A stretch of DNA of 62,850 nucleotides, counting the filler, from Dugesia japonica (Eukaryota), in NCBI GenBank assembly GCA_001938525.1. It is 5 parts of 5 records of this genome, joined end to end, with 100 filler letters (N's around TTAATTAATTAA, not from the genome) between each part and the next. Parts side by side here need not be neighbours in the genome. Positions count along the whole stretch, not along the records: positions 9,950 to 18,815 come from MQRL01623665.1; positions 18,916 to 28,069 come from MQRL01571575.1; 3 more parts are not named here. One strand, written 5' to 3'. The notes beneath the pieces are model-generated. The model was not told the DNA's origin. It searched no databases and saw only the letters and a program-made list of their open reading frames with translations. Position numbers and translations under genes: made by a program. Shown one piece after another: positions 13,401 to 25,035 of this stretch. Numbering within the stretch: position 1 is the first letter of the stretch; each line of letters begins with the position of its first letter.

Positions 13401-14114
13401 CAATATTGAAAAACTTAATAAACTTCACTAAAAAAATGAAGAAAAAATAAAACTCATGTAACATTATTTTAGTCATTTGAAAAACTTGAGAAATCCGATT
13501 CAATAAAAAAGCATTTTGAAATGGTTGATTATGTTACTAGGGGTCATGCGAAAGTGATTGACAAAATTGAATAAAGCTCATTTGAAAATTGTCAATAGCT
13601 GAACTTATTGAAGTTGCTATGATTATATAAGCTAAAAAAGTGATGTGAGATTAAATATTTACGTGATTGCAAAAAAACAATCGATTATATAGATATTGGT
13701 AGAAGTATTGATAATTGAACAATGGTGAGAAGTGTGATGGATCGACAATGTAAGTAAACTGGAAAACTATCAAATTAAGTTATTGAAAATGAATAGACGG
13801 TGGTTATGCAGAGAGATGGTCATAATAATGATGAAAAAAAATTTTTTTTAACCTTTTTGTCTTAATTTTCCATATTTTGTTATTACTCAATTATAAATCG
13901 AGTAAATTATTGACTTTGATACTTATTTTTAGCAAAATGTTATTAATTAACTGTAAGCCAATTGATCATTTTAATCCCTCAGGTTCCTGTAGATAAATTC
14001 TAATAATGGAAATTGGAAATTGTTCCACAAGTTAAACCTAAATATATTTGTTATTTATCACAACTATTAAATTAAATATAAAACAGTTAAACTGAATCGA
14101 TGGTTGGTCTAAAG

Positions 14115-14319
14115 CAGTTTGCCGTGACCAAAGTCCACGAAAAATCCAAAGTGCAAGCTGCAAAATGACACTAACAGTACTATATTAAATTTTCGAAGTT
14201 AGACAGTATAGTATTTATAATATCAGTGATGCACAACCTGCGGCCCGCAAATTTGCATGCATGGTCCGCAACTTTGATTTAAAATGATGATGCCTACAAA
14301 AAAACGTTGATCACTATTG
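14115..14319. mobile_element. hAT (Buster-type) MITE
   Basis: Perfect 8-bp TSD GTCTAAAG (14107-14114, 14320-14327) with central TA. Internal cagtgatgcacaacctgcggcccgc hAT-type end. Confidence 0.75.
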
Positions 14320-14864
14320 GTCTAAAGAGGAAGTCGACTAATGGATTCAGGCTTCATCTCATCATAAACAGGCTATATTCTGAATTTGAATTATAACAAG
14401 CCTCATGACTGAAGACAGTTAATAACGAATTGTGCAATTACAACTGTCGGTGATTTTAAAGCAAAATGCGAATTAAAATGAGGTTAGTTTTAGTGAAAAG
14501 ATTTGTGTGACATTGGTAAAGTCAATGAACCAAACTAATAAAAATATAAATATCATATCATATTTACACGCAAAATTATTTTTATAAGAATATTTTTATC
14601 ATTTAGTTTCACAAATTCAAATTTAAATAATTGTCATGATCAATACCAATCATGAAAAATGTGAATCTTATTTTAAATTAAGTTTAACAAAATTTTCGAA
14701 TTAAAATTCTTAAATACATTCTGAGTTTATGCATATATTGCTTGTGGAAAAATAAGAAAATAAAACTAAATTTATTGTTCATTCTTGNNNNNNNNNNNNN
14801 NNNNNNNNNNNNNNNNNNNNNNNNNNNNNNNNNNNNNNNNNNNNNNNNNNNNNNNNNNNNNNNN

Positions 14865-17800
14865 TAGATTTTTTCGTCAAATTCATCTTCACTTTCAGAG
14901 TTATTTTTGATAAAAGGACGTCTTTGATCGATCATTAAAGATAAATCATTGGAAAAGGTGTTGGAATTTTTCTTTTGTTGCACTTGTTTATCGATATCTG
15001 TGCCTTGAAATTCTAATAAGATTTAACATTAATAAATTATCAATCTATGAATACTTCTCGCAGACATTTTATTCTTAAGTTCAGAAAGGAAATCTATATA
15101 TAAATATGACAATAATTAATGATAAATAAACAAATAACCATTGGTCACAACTCCATCTTTCGAATCTGAAATTAAATTTATTTTTATTGCTTTCTTTTGT
15201 CCTCTTATGACATATTTAATTTTCTTCAATAAATAGAAACAATTTCAGAACTTATAAATTATGTAAAAAAAGATGGCAAATATTTGATAAAAAATAAATA
15301 ATAATTTAAAATAAAATTTTATTGTTATATATTTCAACGGATCAACAGTNNNNNNNNNNNNNNNNNNNNNNNNNNNNNNNNNNNNNNNNNNNNNNNNNNN
15401 NNNNNNNNNNNNNNNNNNNNNNNNNNNNCTGAATATAAGATGGCTATAATTCTTTATTTTTAAATTTTAACAATTTTTCAACATAAACTCATTATAATTA
15501 CTTACAACAGAATTTGAGATAAAAATTAACAAACTCAAAACAGTCCTCACACTCAAAACTAGAATTCATTGATGATTTAAATTTAGAATCCAAATATTTC
15601 GCCATCTTATACTGGGCTGTGCAAACCATAGATAAAACTGGTCGCATAGGAACTCCAGTTTTATGAACTTTAGGTAAACCATAGTTTGCTGGCTGAGATC
15701 CTTTAGAATGTAGACTTTTAACGATTTTTTAGAAATATGTCCATGTAAGATTAGATTATTAATCAATTTATTTAAATATTCCTCATCTTTCATTGGTGGT
15801 AATTATAAGATTGGTAATAACCTTGTTAATAAATCCCATACACCAATTTGTTTATGTTCTAACCTTGTTTATCAATTTAAATGTAATGGATGTGATTCCA
15901 CATACATTGGAGAGACTGCCGGTCATCTCTGTACAAGGGTTCATGAGCATGATCGTTTTGGTGGTGGTAGTAATATTGCTGAGCATAAAAAACAATATAA
16001 TGTGAATGTTGAAATTTCAAATTTTAAAATTTTATCTAAAGAGTTCGAGAAGCGTTAAGGATTAAATTTCATAATTAATTATAGCATTAATGTACAGACA
16101 ACTCTTTCAACTTTTTAGATTTAAAATTTTAAAATTTTTGAATTTTTATAGGTTTTAATAGGTTTGTAAAAGTTTTTTTCATTTTATATGCTCGTAATTT
16201 TTAAAATAATTTAGCAATTTTATTTTTTATGGGTCTTTTGAAAATATTAATACATTTGAAATTTAAAAAATTTAAAATTTTTGAAAAATATTTTTTGATT
16301 TTTATAAGTTTTAAAATTGTAAAAATATGTTTAATAAAATTGTTATAGAAAAATTTTTTTAGAATAAATATTTTAAATTAAGAATTATGATTATAGCCAT
16401 AGTAAAGTTGATTGAATCTTTTGAATAGTAGAAATATATAACAATATGGTTGAATAGTAGAAATATATAACAATATGGTTGAATAGTAGAAATATATAAC
16501 AATATGATTGAATAGTAGAAATATATAAAAATAAAATTTTATTTTAAATGCCTTTATTTATTTTTTATCAAACATTTGCCATTGTTTTTTGTATATTTAA
16601 AAAGTAATGTAATATAGAGAAAATAATCATGAGGAAACTATTAAGAAATTAGATGGTTGACGACCTGATGGATATAAATTAAAACTAACTNNNNNNNNNN
16701 NNNNNNNNNNNNNNNNNNNNNNNNNNNNNNNNNNNNNNNNNNNNNNNNNNNNNNNNNNNNNNNNNNNNNNNNCGAGTCTACTATTAAATGTAAAAAATGT
16801 AGTTACAAAACTTAACGAAAATATTTTACTTATTTTTTGATCAAAGCAAATTATTCTCAATTTATTTTAAAAAATTAAATTGAAAACAAAGATATTAGGC
16901 GTCGGTGACGAATTTCATTGTTAAGGTTTTTAATCTGTTCATTAAAATTAAAAGAAGTTGTCAATCAAAATTATTTAAGTAGGTATGTTTACAAAAGTGC
17001 TTATAAAGCATCTGAAAAGTCTTTTCGGAAAACAATTTACGTAAATTTCGATTGTTTCACGATTTTTACTATTTTACAATATTTGAAAAGACATTAAAAA
17101 GGCATTAAAATATTGACATTAAAAAGACAGGTTATCCAGAAAAATAGAAAAATTAATATCCAAAATTAATGAAAGATACGATTAAAAAATTGGGATCATT
17201 GAATATGAAGTGTGAAAGTTATATACATCTCCAAAGATATCGAAATTTGAATACCAAGAAGGATAAAATAAGAATAATTAATATAATTAAATAAAAGCAA
17301 ACTTAAAAATTACAGAACTTTTTATTTTGCTATCTTACCTGGTTTTATATTTATTAATGTTAATTTTGTTTTATGTTTTCTAATTTTACGAAGTGCGATA
17401 ACCATCAAATCTGAATACGTAAGTTTATTCAGAAATGAAGTTGCAAAAATTAAACTTCATATGTTTCATCAACAATTGATAAAATAAATATTCAAAATGT
17501 AAGGGGCTAAAAACTTTACCAAAAGCTCTCAATTGAAACTCAGTTCGACTATCAGAAAACCAATTAAATATAAAAAGCAGCATTTAAAATAAATTTTATA
17601 TGCAATACAAAATGGTAGGAAAGTTTAATTTTAAGGCATACATACCTTGGAATTATTTAAATTCATATTAAGCACAATGACAAATTATTTTTCATATTTA
17701 TTTAACAACAATTGTTAAGAATTTGTAAATTACTGATTTACTAAAGATTTTACAATTTAAAATTTTTCAAATTACAATTTACCTAATACAAATTGTTTAT

Positions 17801-18498
17801 TGAAAACTAAAAATTACTACACAAATTTAACAATTTCTAAATTTATAAATTACAATTTATTAAATACAAATTGCTTTTAAAAATTAAAATAGAATAAAAA
17901 TAACTTAAAAAATAATAAATTGTGGAATAAAATTATGTTAATTTAAATTTTCCACTTTCTAAAATCTCTCACTAACATAAATCTTACAATTAAAACAATA
18001 CAAAATTTCCTTAATTATTAGTTTTCCTCACAATAATAATTCATTTTAGTTGTATTTTTGAATAAATTTAAAACTATACAAAAGCTGTATAAAAAAGCTG
18101 ACATTGAAGAGTTATAAATAAATAAAGAGTTAAAAATTATTAACAAATAAACATTCATCAGAGATTATTTTATATGACAATTATTTATATAATTTATTTT
18201 ATATGACCATCTCAGTTGTTGGTTACGGGACCATCTAAATTAATTATATAAAAATAAATAATAAAAGCTTACTTTTAGTATCAGGACTTAGTTTCACTGT
18301 TCTTTTAAATTGTGGTGGTTGTGATGGTTGCATTATTGGAGGTAATGGAGGAGGAGGAAGTGGAGGGGGAGGAGGTGGTGGTAACGGTAATTGGATAATG
18401 GTAGCAGGATAAGATGGTACATCAATTGCAGAAATATTTGATAAAGGGTCAATAATCTTTCGCTTTGTAATTTTTTCCGGAATTATTCCCAGTTTTCT
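14865..18498 (-). CDS. 3' part of a spliced proline-rich, WASP/WAVE/WASH-like protein (polyPro, WH2-like, C, acidic)
   Basis: GT-AG exons in compatible phase: 18498-18273 (LPLPPPPPPPLPPPPLPP), 17410-17339 (LMVIALRKIRKHKTKL), 15165-15139, 15093-15055 (DFLSELKNKMSAR), 15012-14865 (NDLSLMIDQRRPFIKNNSESEDEFDEKI). Introns of 45 and 42 nt. Optional exons 18234-18208 and 16664 to about 16639. Family assignment is inference. Confidence 0.65.
15480..15793 (-). mobile_element. Penelope-like RT N-terminal fragment (inverted segment)
   Basis: KGSQPANYGLPKVHKTGVPMRPVLSMVCTAQYKMAKYLD matches the PLE YGLPKxHK..PxRP motif. Confidence 0.9.
15795..16600 (+). mobile_element. Penelope-like GIY-YIG endonuclease fragment plus 3' UTR
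   Basis: NLVYQFKCNGCDSTYIGETAGHLCTRVHEH..SNIAEH..NFKILSK..SINVQ. Confidence 0.9.
16421..16530. repeat. 29-bp tandem repeat, about 4 copies
   Basis: Unit tgaatagtagaaatatataacaatatggt. Confidence 0.9.
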
Positions 18499-18632
18499 CT
18501 GTATATGAAAATAAATCAGAAATTAAATAAACATTAAATAATAATTTACAGTTGAAATAATTCAAGTTTATTGCTTGTTTCTTTAAATAAGATCAGAGGC
18601 GAATCAAGTTAAAATGTGCTCTGATTCATGAG

Positions 18633-18770
18633 TAATTGCAATTATTGCGAGAATAATTGTTGGATGTAACCATTGATCGTATTTTAGAATTCATTTAAAA
18701 TAAAAACTTCGATCAAAATTTTTTTTATTGTTTTTTAGAGTTTTATAACATGCACTATTAGTCGAAAAAA
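18633..18770. mobile_element. PLE terminal-repeat fragment
   Basis: aattgcaattattgcgagaataattgttggatgtaaccattgatcg block as at 7779 and 12373. Confidence 0.65.
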
Positions 18771-18815
18771 ATTAAATAATTAAAATTTAATAAAAATAAA
18801 TTAATTCAAAATTTA

Positions 18816-18915
18816 NNNNNNNNNNNNNNNNNNNNNNNNNNNNNNNNNNNNNNNNNNNNTTAATTAATTAANNNNNNNNNNNNNNNNNNNNNNNNNNNNN
18901 NNNNNNNNNNNNNNN
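18816..18915. other. Artificial scaffold linker
   Basis: N44-TTAATTAATTAA-N44. Confidence 0.97.
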
Positions 18916-19180
18916 GAACACCTGGGAAAAAGAAATTATGAATGACGTCACCCCAATAATCATTTGGTATGAGGACACCTAAATAGGACGTCAAAATCGT
19001 AACAGGACTAGAAGTCACGCGCTGTCCCCTTATCATACGTGGTCTGTTTAAGAAGGAACAGAGAATGGAGAAAATCGCACATCGAAGATTACAAGCTGAA
19101 TTCGGAATGGATCGCCCAAACATTTGGAGATTTATTGACGGAATTCGAATTGTTCAAAAAGGGCGTGATTTAATACATAG
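18916..19180 (+). mobile_element. MULE transposase C-terminal remnant (in RecQ5 intron 2)
   Basis: WYEDT*IGR..WSV*EGTENGENRT and HRRLQAEFGMDRPNIWRFIDGIRIVQKGRD resemble the MULE C-terminal RTNN..H..HPxIW region. Confidence 0.75.
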
Positions 19181-19451
19181 AATATAATAGAATACAACTA
19201 GCAAACCGAAGGGGTGCGCAGCAAAATTTTAATCTAATCACTATTACCAAAGAATTTTCTCATTAAAAATCATTCTTAAATATAAATTTCATTAAAATAG
19301 TAATTAATTATTAGAAAATATTAAAAAAATCAAGTTAAATGTTTATAAAAGCTTTAATAATTAATTTAATTAATTAATTTAATTATCATTAATTAATAAT
19401 TATAAAATTCAAAATTTAATAAATAAAATTATTGAAATATATCCAACTCAC

Positions 19452-20270
19452 CCAATTGGANACAGTTGAAGTTGGATTACCTAAACATTTATAAATGAAA
19501 TCGGATAAATGTTTCCTCGAATCAGTAAGTAAATCAGTAAATTGTACATCATAGAAAATATTATCACGGAAAACTGGCATACGAAAATTTTTATAATCTT
19601 GGAAATTTAAACATTTTATAATATCTTCGGCAACCTTTTTATTGGCTGTTGCTGTCAATGCTATACAAGGAATATTGTTGAGAATTGTGTTTCTTAATGA
19701 GCCCAGTTTCAAGTAATCCGGCCGAAAATCATGGCCCCATTCTGATACACAATGAGCTTCATCAATAACAAAGTAGTTAAGTAAATTTTGACTGCTTAAA
19801 GTTTTAGCAATGTTCTGAAAAGTATTTGTTTGACATTGCTCAGGGGTTACATATAATAGTCGAATACTAGTTTTATTTTTAAAGCAATTAAACGTTGTCA
19901 AATCGGAAATAATCTCATTTCGATCAGAAGTTTTAGTTTTAGAATTTATTGTTCGAGCACAAATATTTCTTTTCGATAAATGTAATATTTGATCATGAAT
20001 TAAAGCTAATAATGGACTAATAATAATAGAAACTCCTGTTTCATGATAAATAGCAGGAAACTGATAACATAGAGATTTTCCAGAACCTGTAGGCATTGAA
20101 ATAAAAACATCATTTTTAGCTAAAAAGTTAAAATTATTTTCAATGAATTTAATCTTTTAATAAAAATAACAATTTATAATATTTACAATAGCTTCTTTTT
20201 GTAACTGGCTTTTGAACTCATTAAACCCGAAAATTTCTTTTAAAACTTTATATAGTTTATTTTCTTCCAT
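19452..20270 (-). CDS. RECQL5: ATP-dependent DNA helicase RecQ5, exons 1-2 (partial)
   Basis: Exon 1 20270-20171 (MEENKLYKVLKEIFGFNEFKSQLQKEA), 51-nt GT-AG intron, exon 2 20119-19452 with MPTGSGKSLCYQ, DEAHCVSEWGHDFRPDY, ALTATA and RecQ5-like FRDNIFYDVQF. Donor GTGAGT at 19451. The rest lies beyond the scaffold end. Confidence 0.92.
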
Positions 20271-20978
20271 TCAAATATTGCCTCATAAAATTCTAATTAT
20301 TTAAACTAGATTATGAAATTTTACTTTTGAAAAAATTATTGAACGAATTTTCATTTTAAAATCATAAATTNNNNNNNNNNNNNNNNNNNNNNNNNNNNNN
20401 NNNNNNNNNNNNNNNNNNNNNNNNNNNNNNNNNNNNNNNNNNNNNNNNNNNNNNNNNNNNNNTATAAATTTTGCAAATTTGTATTAAATTTCACAGAAAA
20501 ATTTAAAATTCTCGATAATAAATTGTACTCTGAGTTTCCGTCCATGGAAAAAAATTTTATTTTACATGTAGTTTTAAAAAACAATGATCAAAACATTTTT
20601 GTNNNNNNNNNNNNNNNNNNNNNNNNNNNNNNNNNNNNNNNNNNNNNNNNNNATTTCCTTATCGTTTATAAATAAAACGTATTGCTTAAATTAATTTTTT
20701 AATCTAAATAATGTGAACATATTACATTGAATATTGCTAAATTTCAAATAGTAAAGGTTTTATTTGTTTAATTTTGACAGTTTTATTCTATTTGTAAAAA
20801 TTAAATGTTTAAGACTATAAATTTCAGAAATATTCTATCGGAATATCTTAGAATATAGGAGAAGTATTCAAACTTACATAAATTATAAAAATCATNNNNN
20901 NNNNNNNNNNNNNNNNNNNNNNNNNNNNNNNNNNNNNNNNNNNNNNNNNNNNNNNNNNNNNGGTGTATTCAAAATTTC

Positions 20979-21223
20979 AGATCTTATTTATAAAATGACG
21001 TCAAAGGTGCACAATTAAAATAAATGACTCTAAAATTACATGTTAAAAGAATGACCCTAAAATTAAACATGTTAAAAATTGATCCTAAAATAATACATAT
21101 TAAAAGTTGGACCTTAAAATAAAACATGTTAAAAATATGACCCAAAATTTTAACATTAAAAAAATGACCCTAAAAATATACATGTTAAAAATCCGTCTTG
21201 GTGTCATTTTATTAAAATAATCT
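20979..21223. mobile_element. Foldback/MITE-like element with internal ~31-bp tandem repeats
   Basis: Inverted ends attttataaaatgacgtcaa / ttggtgtcattttattaaaat enclose about 5 units of aaaatgaccctaaaattaaacatgtt. Confidence 0.6.
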
Positions 21224-21439
21224 ATAATTTCTTTGGTTATAAACAATTTTTGACCCTACCGTCAATTTAATATATGATGAATTAAATTTCATAAATGATG
21301 GTGCAATTATGGAATGTTTAATACAAATTTAAATAACCACAAATTTAAAAAGTTAAATCTGCTAAAATTACTAAAACGAGGCTATACAAGAGTGAATTTA
21401 TGTTTAGCATAAAGTAATATTGTTGAAAAAAATTATTCG

Positions 21440-21710
21440 TTTCAAAGGTTTTTAAATAACTTGGCTTTCCAAAGTTTTGTAGGACCTCAATTTTAAATCG
21501 GTTATGCAGTACTTCTTCTTTATTGATCAAGTGTCCTAATAACTTGATATCTTTTGTAATTATTGACACTTTAGATTAATCTTTAGACTTGATTATCCCA
21601 TTTCCTTTAACAATATTTATTCATTACACAATATTTTGTTTTCGAATAAATCATATTGTCATTTAAATATACTACTGTTCCTTTTATTTTATCGATAAAT
21701 TTTGTCATCA
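21440..21710 (-). mobile_element. Gypsy RT fragment
   Basis: DIKLLGHLINKE..KIEVLQNFGKP. Confidence 0.65.
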
Positions 21711-21759
21711 TTTCTGAGATAAATGATTAATTAGCTAATAGAAGAAAATATTATACACA

Positions 21760-22400
21760 GAAATGAAAAGTGTTAGGTATAAATGTAAAGATGCACGAAA
21801 CACAACTTTTCCAAGAATTTTTAATCAGAAAAAACAAAGAGAAAAGAAAATATTTTTATATCGTGTTTGGGAAAGATTTTGCACATGTCTTTAGTAGTGT
21901 GTTNTTAGAACTAATAACTGAAGTTTAGAGAAAGATGACATGACGAAAAATTCCATTAGACTCTTTAAGTTCTTTACCACGAATATAATCATAAATCATT
22001 ATTAACTGGAAAATGGGACTGATTCTGATGAGAAAAAGAATAAGGCAAAGATTTCCACTCCTGATACTTTTATTTAATAAATTATAAATACAGTGCTATG
22101 AGAAAATGATAAAAATTGATATGGGTAATAAATTTAATACGTTGGAATATGCCGATGACTTAGACCTCAAGAATTATTATAATAAGATACTACAAATTGT
22201 ATCAAAATCAATAGAAAATAGAAAAATGAAATAATAAAAATTGGTGGAATGAAAGTCTTACCAAGTAAATTTGCAAATCCCATGATTACTTGTAAATATT
22301 AAGAACGTATTTAGAATAAATGTTTTTAAAATTTGACTTGATAATGTCTTGTACAAAATATTAATACATATGACATAAGTACGCCAAATATATGTCATAC
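21760..22400 (+). mobile_element. Non-LTR retrotransposon RT remnant (R2/R4-like)
   Basis: DFAHVFSSV; RIRQRFPLLILLFNKIIN (degenerate QGxPLSPLLFN); TLEYADDL near 22140. Confidence 0.65.
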
Positions 22401-22709
22401 GCAATCAATGCCCATGGTATACTGATGTACTTTTCAAAGAAACTATTCTTCAATACGACTTCATTTAAACAAAATAAATCGATACTAATCTTTAAAACAA
22501 TGTATAGACAAAATTTTATTCTCTATCCACTAGTATAAAAAATTTTATTTTTAGAATTGGAAAATTTCTGCACTTTTTTTTTGATAATTATTATTTTATA
22601 TTATTTTATCGATTTAACAAATATCATAGAAATATCTGTCTTTCTCATGAAAGAAAAAAACATTATTAAATCAAGACTAGAAAAGAGGATTTTTTTCTCC
22701 AAGCCAACT

Positions 22710-23315
22710 TCTTCCAACATTTTCGAGAATAACCGTTGGTACTCAATTATCTACAGCCATTAAATTTCTCTGGTATTCCAGGGATGAGCTAGACATTGGT
22801 GTTGATGAACTTAATAGATCCCATAGAGTTGCCAACATGTACACTTTCTTTGAAGGTGGAATCAGAGCAGGTCTCACATTTGCCAATAAACATTATGTCA
22901 CTAGTGATAAAAACACAGAGTTGTACATTGATATTAATAATTTATATGACTACAAATTGAGTTGGAAATTGCATTACTCTGATTTGAAGTGAATCCATAT
23001 TGGATTTAAAAACACTACTGTACGGCTATGCGATGGAAGTAAATATAGTAAATTTGGATGAAATTCATGATTTTTTGAGCAATTCTTAGATACAACGGAA
23101 CTACAAACAGTTCCAAACAGTAAAGTCAAATATATAAAGCTGACGCACCACTGAAAACAGAATTATGTAGTGCACTGGAGATTGCTCCAAATGTATTTAA
23201 AGTTGGGTGTTTAAGTTACAAAAGTGCATAGTGCAATCGAATTTACTCAGACTTTAATTTTCAAGGACTATACAAATGTAAACAATGAATTAAGAGTAGA
23301 GAGCAAAACCGATCT
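22710..23315 (+). pseudogene. Polinton/Maverick protein-primed DNA polymerase B fragment
   Basis: FQHFRE..PGMS*; MYTFFEGGIRAGLTFANKHY..LYIDINNLY; NYVVHWRLLQMYLKLGV*VTKVHSAIEFTQ..KDYTNVNNELR match pPolB GIRGG, YxDxNNLY and YVxHY..L motifs. Confidence 0.88.
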
Positions 23316-23319
23316 ATTT

Positions 23320-25035
23320 TAAGTTATTTAAAAATTTTACTTTATTATTCAATCGTCATCTTAAAATTTACAACCAAATTTGTTTTAGTAAAAATTTTAA
23401 TTTTTTACTTAATTGTCATTCCAAATTTTAAATCAAATATTCATTTATTAAATTTTTTTTATCTATAATGTAAATCTTTTTTGAAATAAAAAATGATCAC
23501 CAATCACACAAAAATTTCAAGTCACCTTTTAAAACACACTCACATCCCCATTTTTAAGAAATATTTTGATCTTCTCTACATTTCTTTTGACATGTTTTCC
23601 ATTTGTATCTTCCTGGATATAACGTCTAATATGAATCTTTCCTTTGATCTTATAGGGTCCTTCAAAACGAGCTTGGTTTTTTGTTTCAACTTGCACTCCA
23701 TCACCAACTTTGACTTGTCTTTTGGTCAATATCTCTTTATCTTGTTCTTTGTGCTCTCTTTGAGAATCTTTTTTGTACAATTTTTCTCTGCTTATTTTCT
23801 TTACAAATACGATTTTAGCATGGCTTTTCCAGATAGTCTCCTGTTTTGTAGCATTCAAGGTAAATTTGATCTCTGGCATTACATCGGCCTAACCTGAGGT
23901 TTTCTTTTCTTTACGTGTCGCATTTATCATATCTTGCATGGTCCTAAACTGCCTCTCGATTTGACCATTTATGTTATCATGATATTGACTTAAAAACCTG
24001 AGGGTAATTCCATGTTCAGCTACGAAATCGTTCATTTACCGTTTTTTACCGTCTTTTTTGTTTCTTCCTTCGTTTTTGTTGTTAACACCTTTGCTTTCTG
24101 GCATATTTTACAGCTTTGGACAACCTGTTGTACATTGCTCCACAATTTTTTCATGTTATATTTATACTTCATATACGCTGCAATCTATTCTGATCCAGCA
24201 TGACACATAAGATTGTGTATATTCTTTATAACTTCCTCTATTTTATCATCAAGTATCCATGTACCTCATAATTTTCTCCAAAATAGCCTTGTTTTTCTTG
24301 AATATCTACTGTATTTAACATCCTTGTTTTAATTTTTCATTTTTGGGATCTTCATATGACATCAGACATTGTTCACATGTATTGCATTTACTCCTTGACA
24401 ACATATCCAGATTTGTATGAAGCCATCATTTTCTATATTCCAATTTTATATCTAAACTGCTCAAATAATTATTCCAAGTTTGAAACTGTGATGTGATCGG
24501 CTTCTTGGTATTTAGTATAAAAGTGATAGCTTTATGGCCTGTTCTAAAGATAAATCACTTCCCATATAAGTAATATTTGAAATGAATGCAAAAGTAATAA
24601 ATTGTGAGTAATTCGTTTGCATAGTACAATATCCTTTCTCATGATTCGTTATTACATGTGACCTATATTCAATAACTCTTTCTTGCCCATCGTTGTCCCT
24701 TTGAGATAGTACTGCCCCAATCGTATCGAAACTCGCATCCATGTCCAAAATAAATCATCCATTTATGTCAGTAAAACATAATATTGGAGACATCATTAGT
24801 GCTTCTTTCATTCCATTAAAACTTCTTCTAATTCATTCACCTATTCAATTTTCTTGTTATTCGATCTACTACAAAGTTGTTCCAGAAATCTAGCGTTTTT
24901 CGAAAAATCTTTAATAAACGTGCGATAGTAATTGCAAATTCCCAGAAAGCTTCTCATCGTCTTAACGCATTTTGGTTTACCAAAGTTTTTAATTGCTTCT
25001 ATTTTAGTTGGATCTGGTTTGACACCTTCTTTACT
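23320..25035 (-). mobile_element. Ty3/Gypsy 3' half (RH, integrase, PPT, 3' LTR)
   Basis: GVKPDPTKIEA..SFLGICNYY; DASFDTIGAVLSQ; NGQIERQFRT; FEGPYKI; PPT aaaaatgggga then TGTGAG near 23553. Same family as 49500-50800. Confidence 0.9.

Noticed and set aside
14865-20270. Joining the polyproline exons to RecQ5 as one gene
   Set aside because: Separated by a scaffold linker; the helicase C-terminal exons are missing and the domain content is incompatible.
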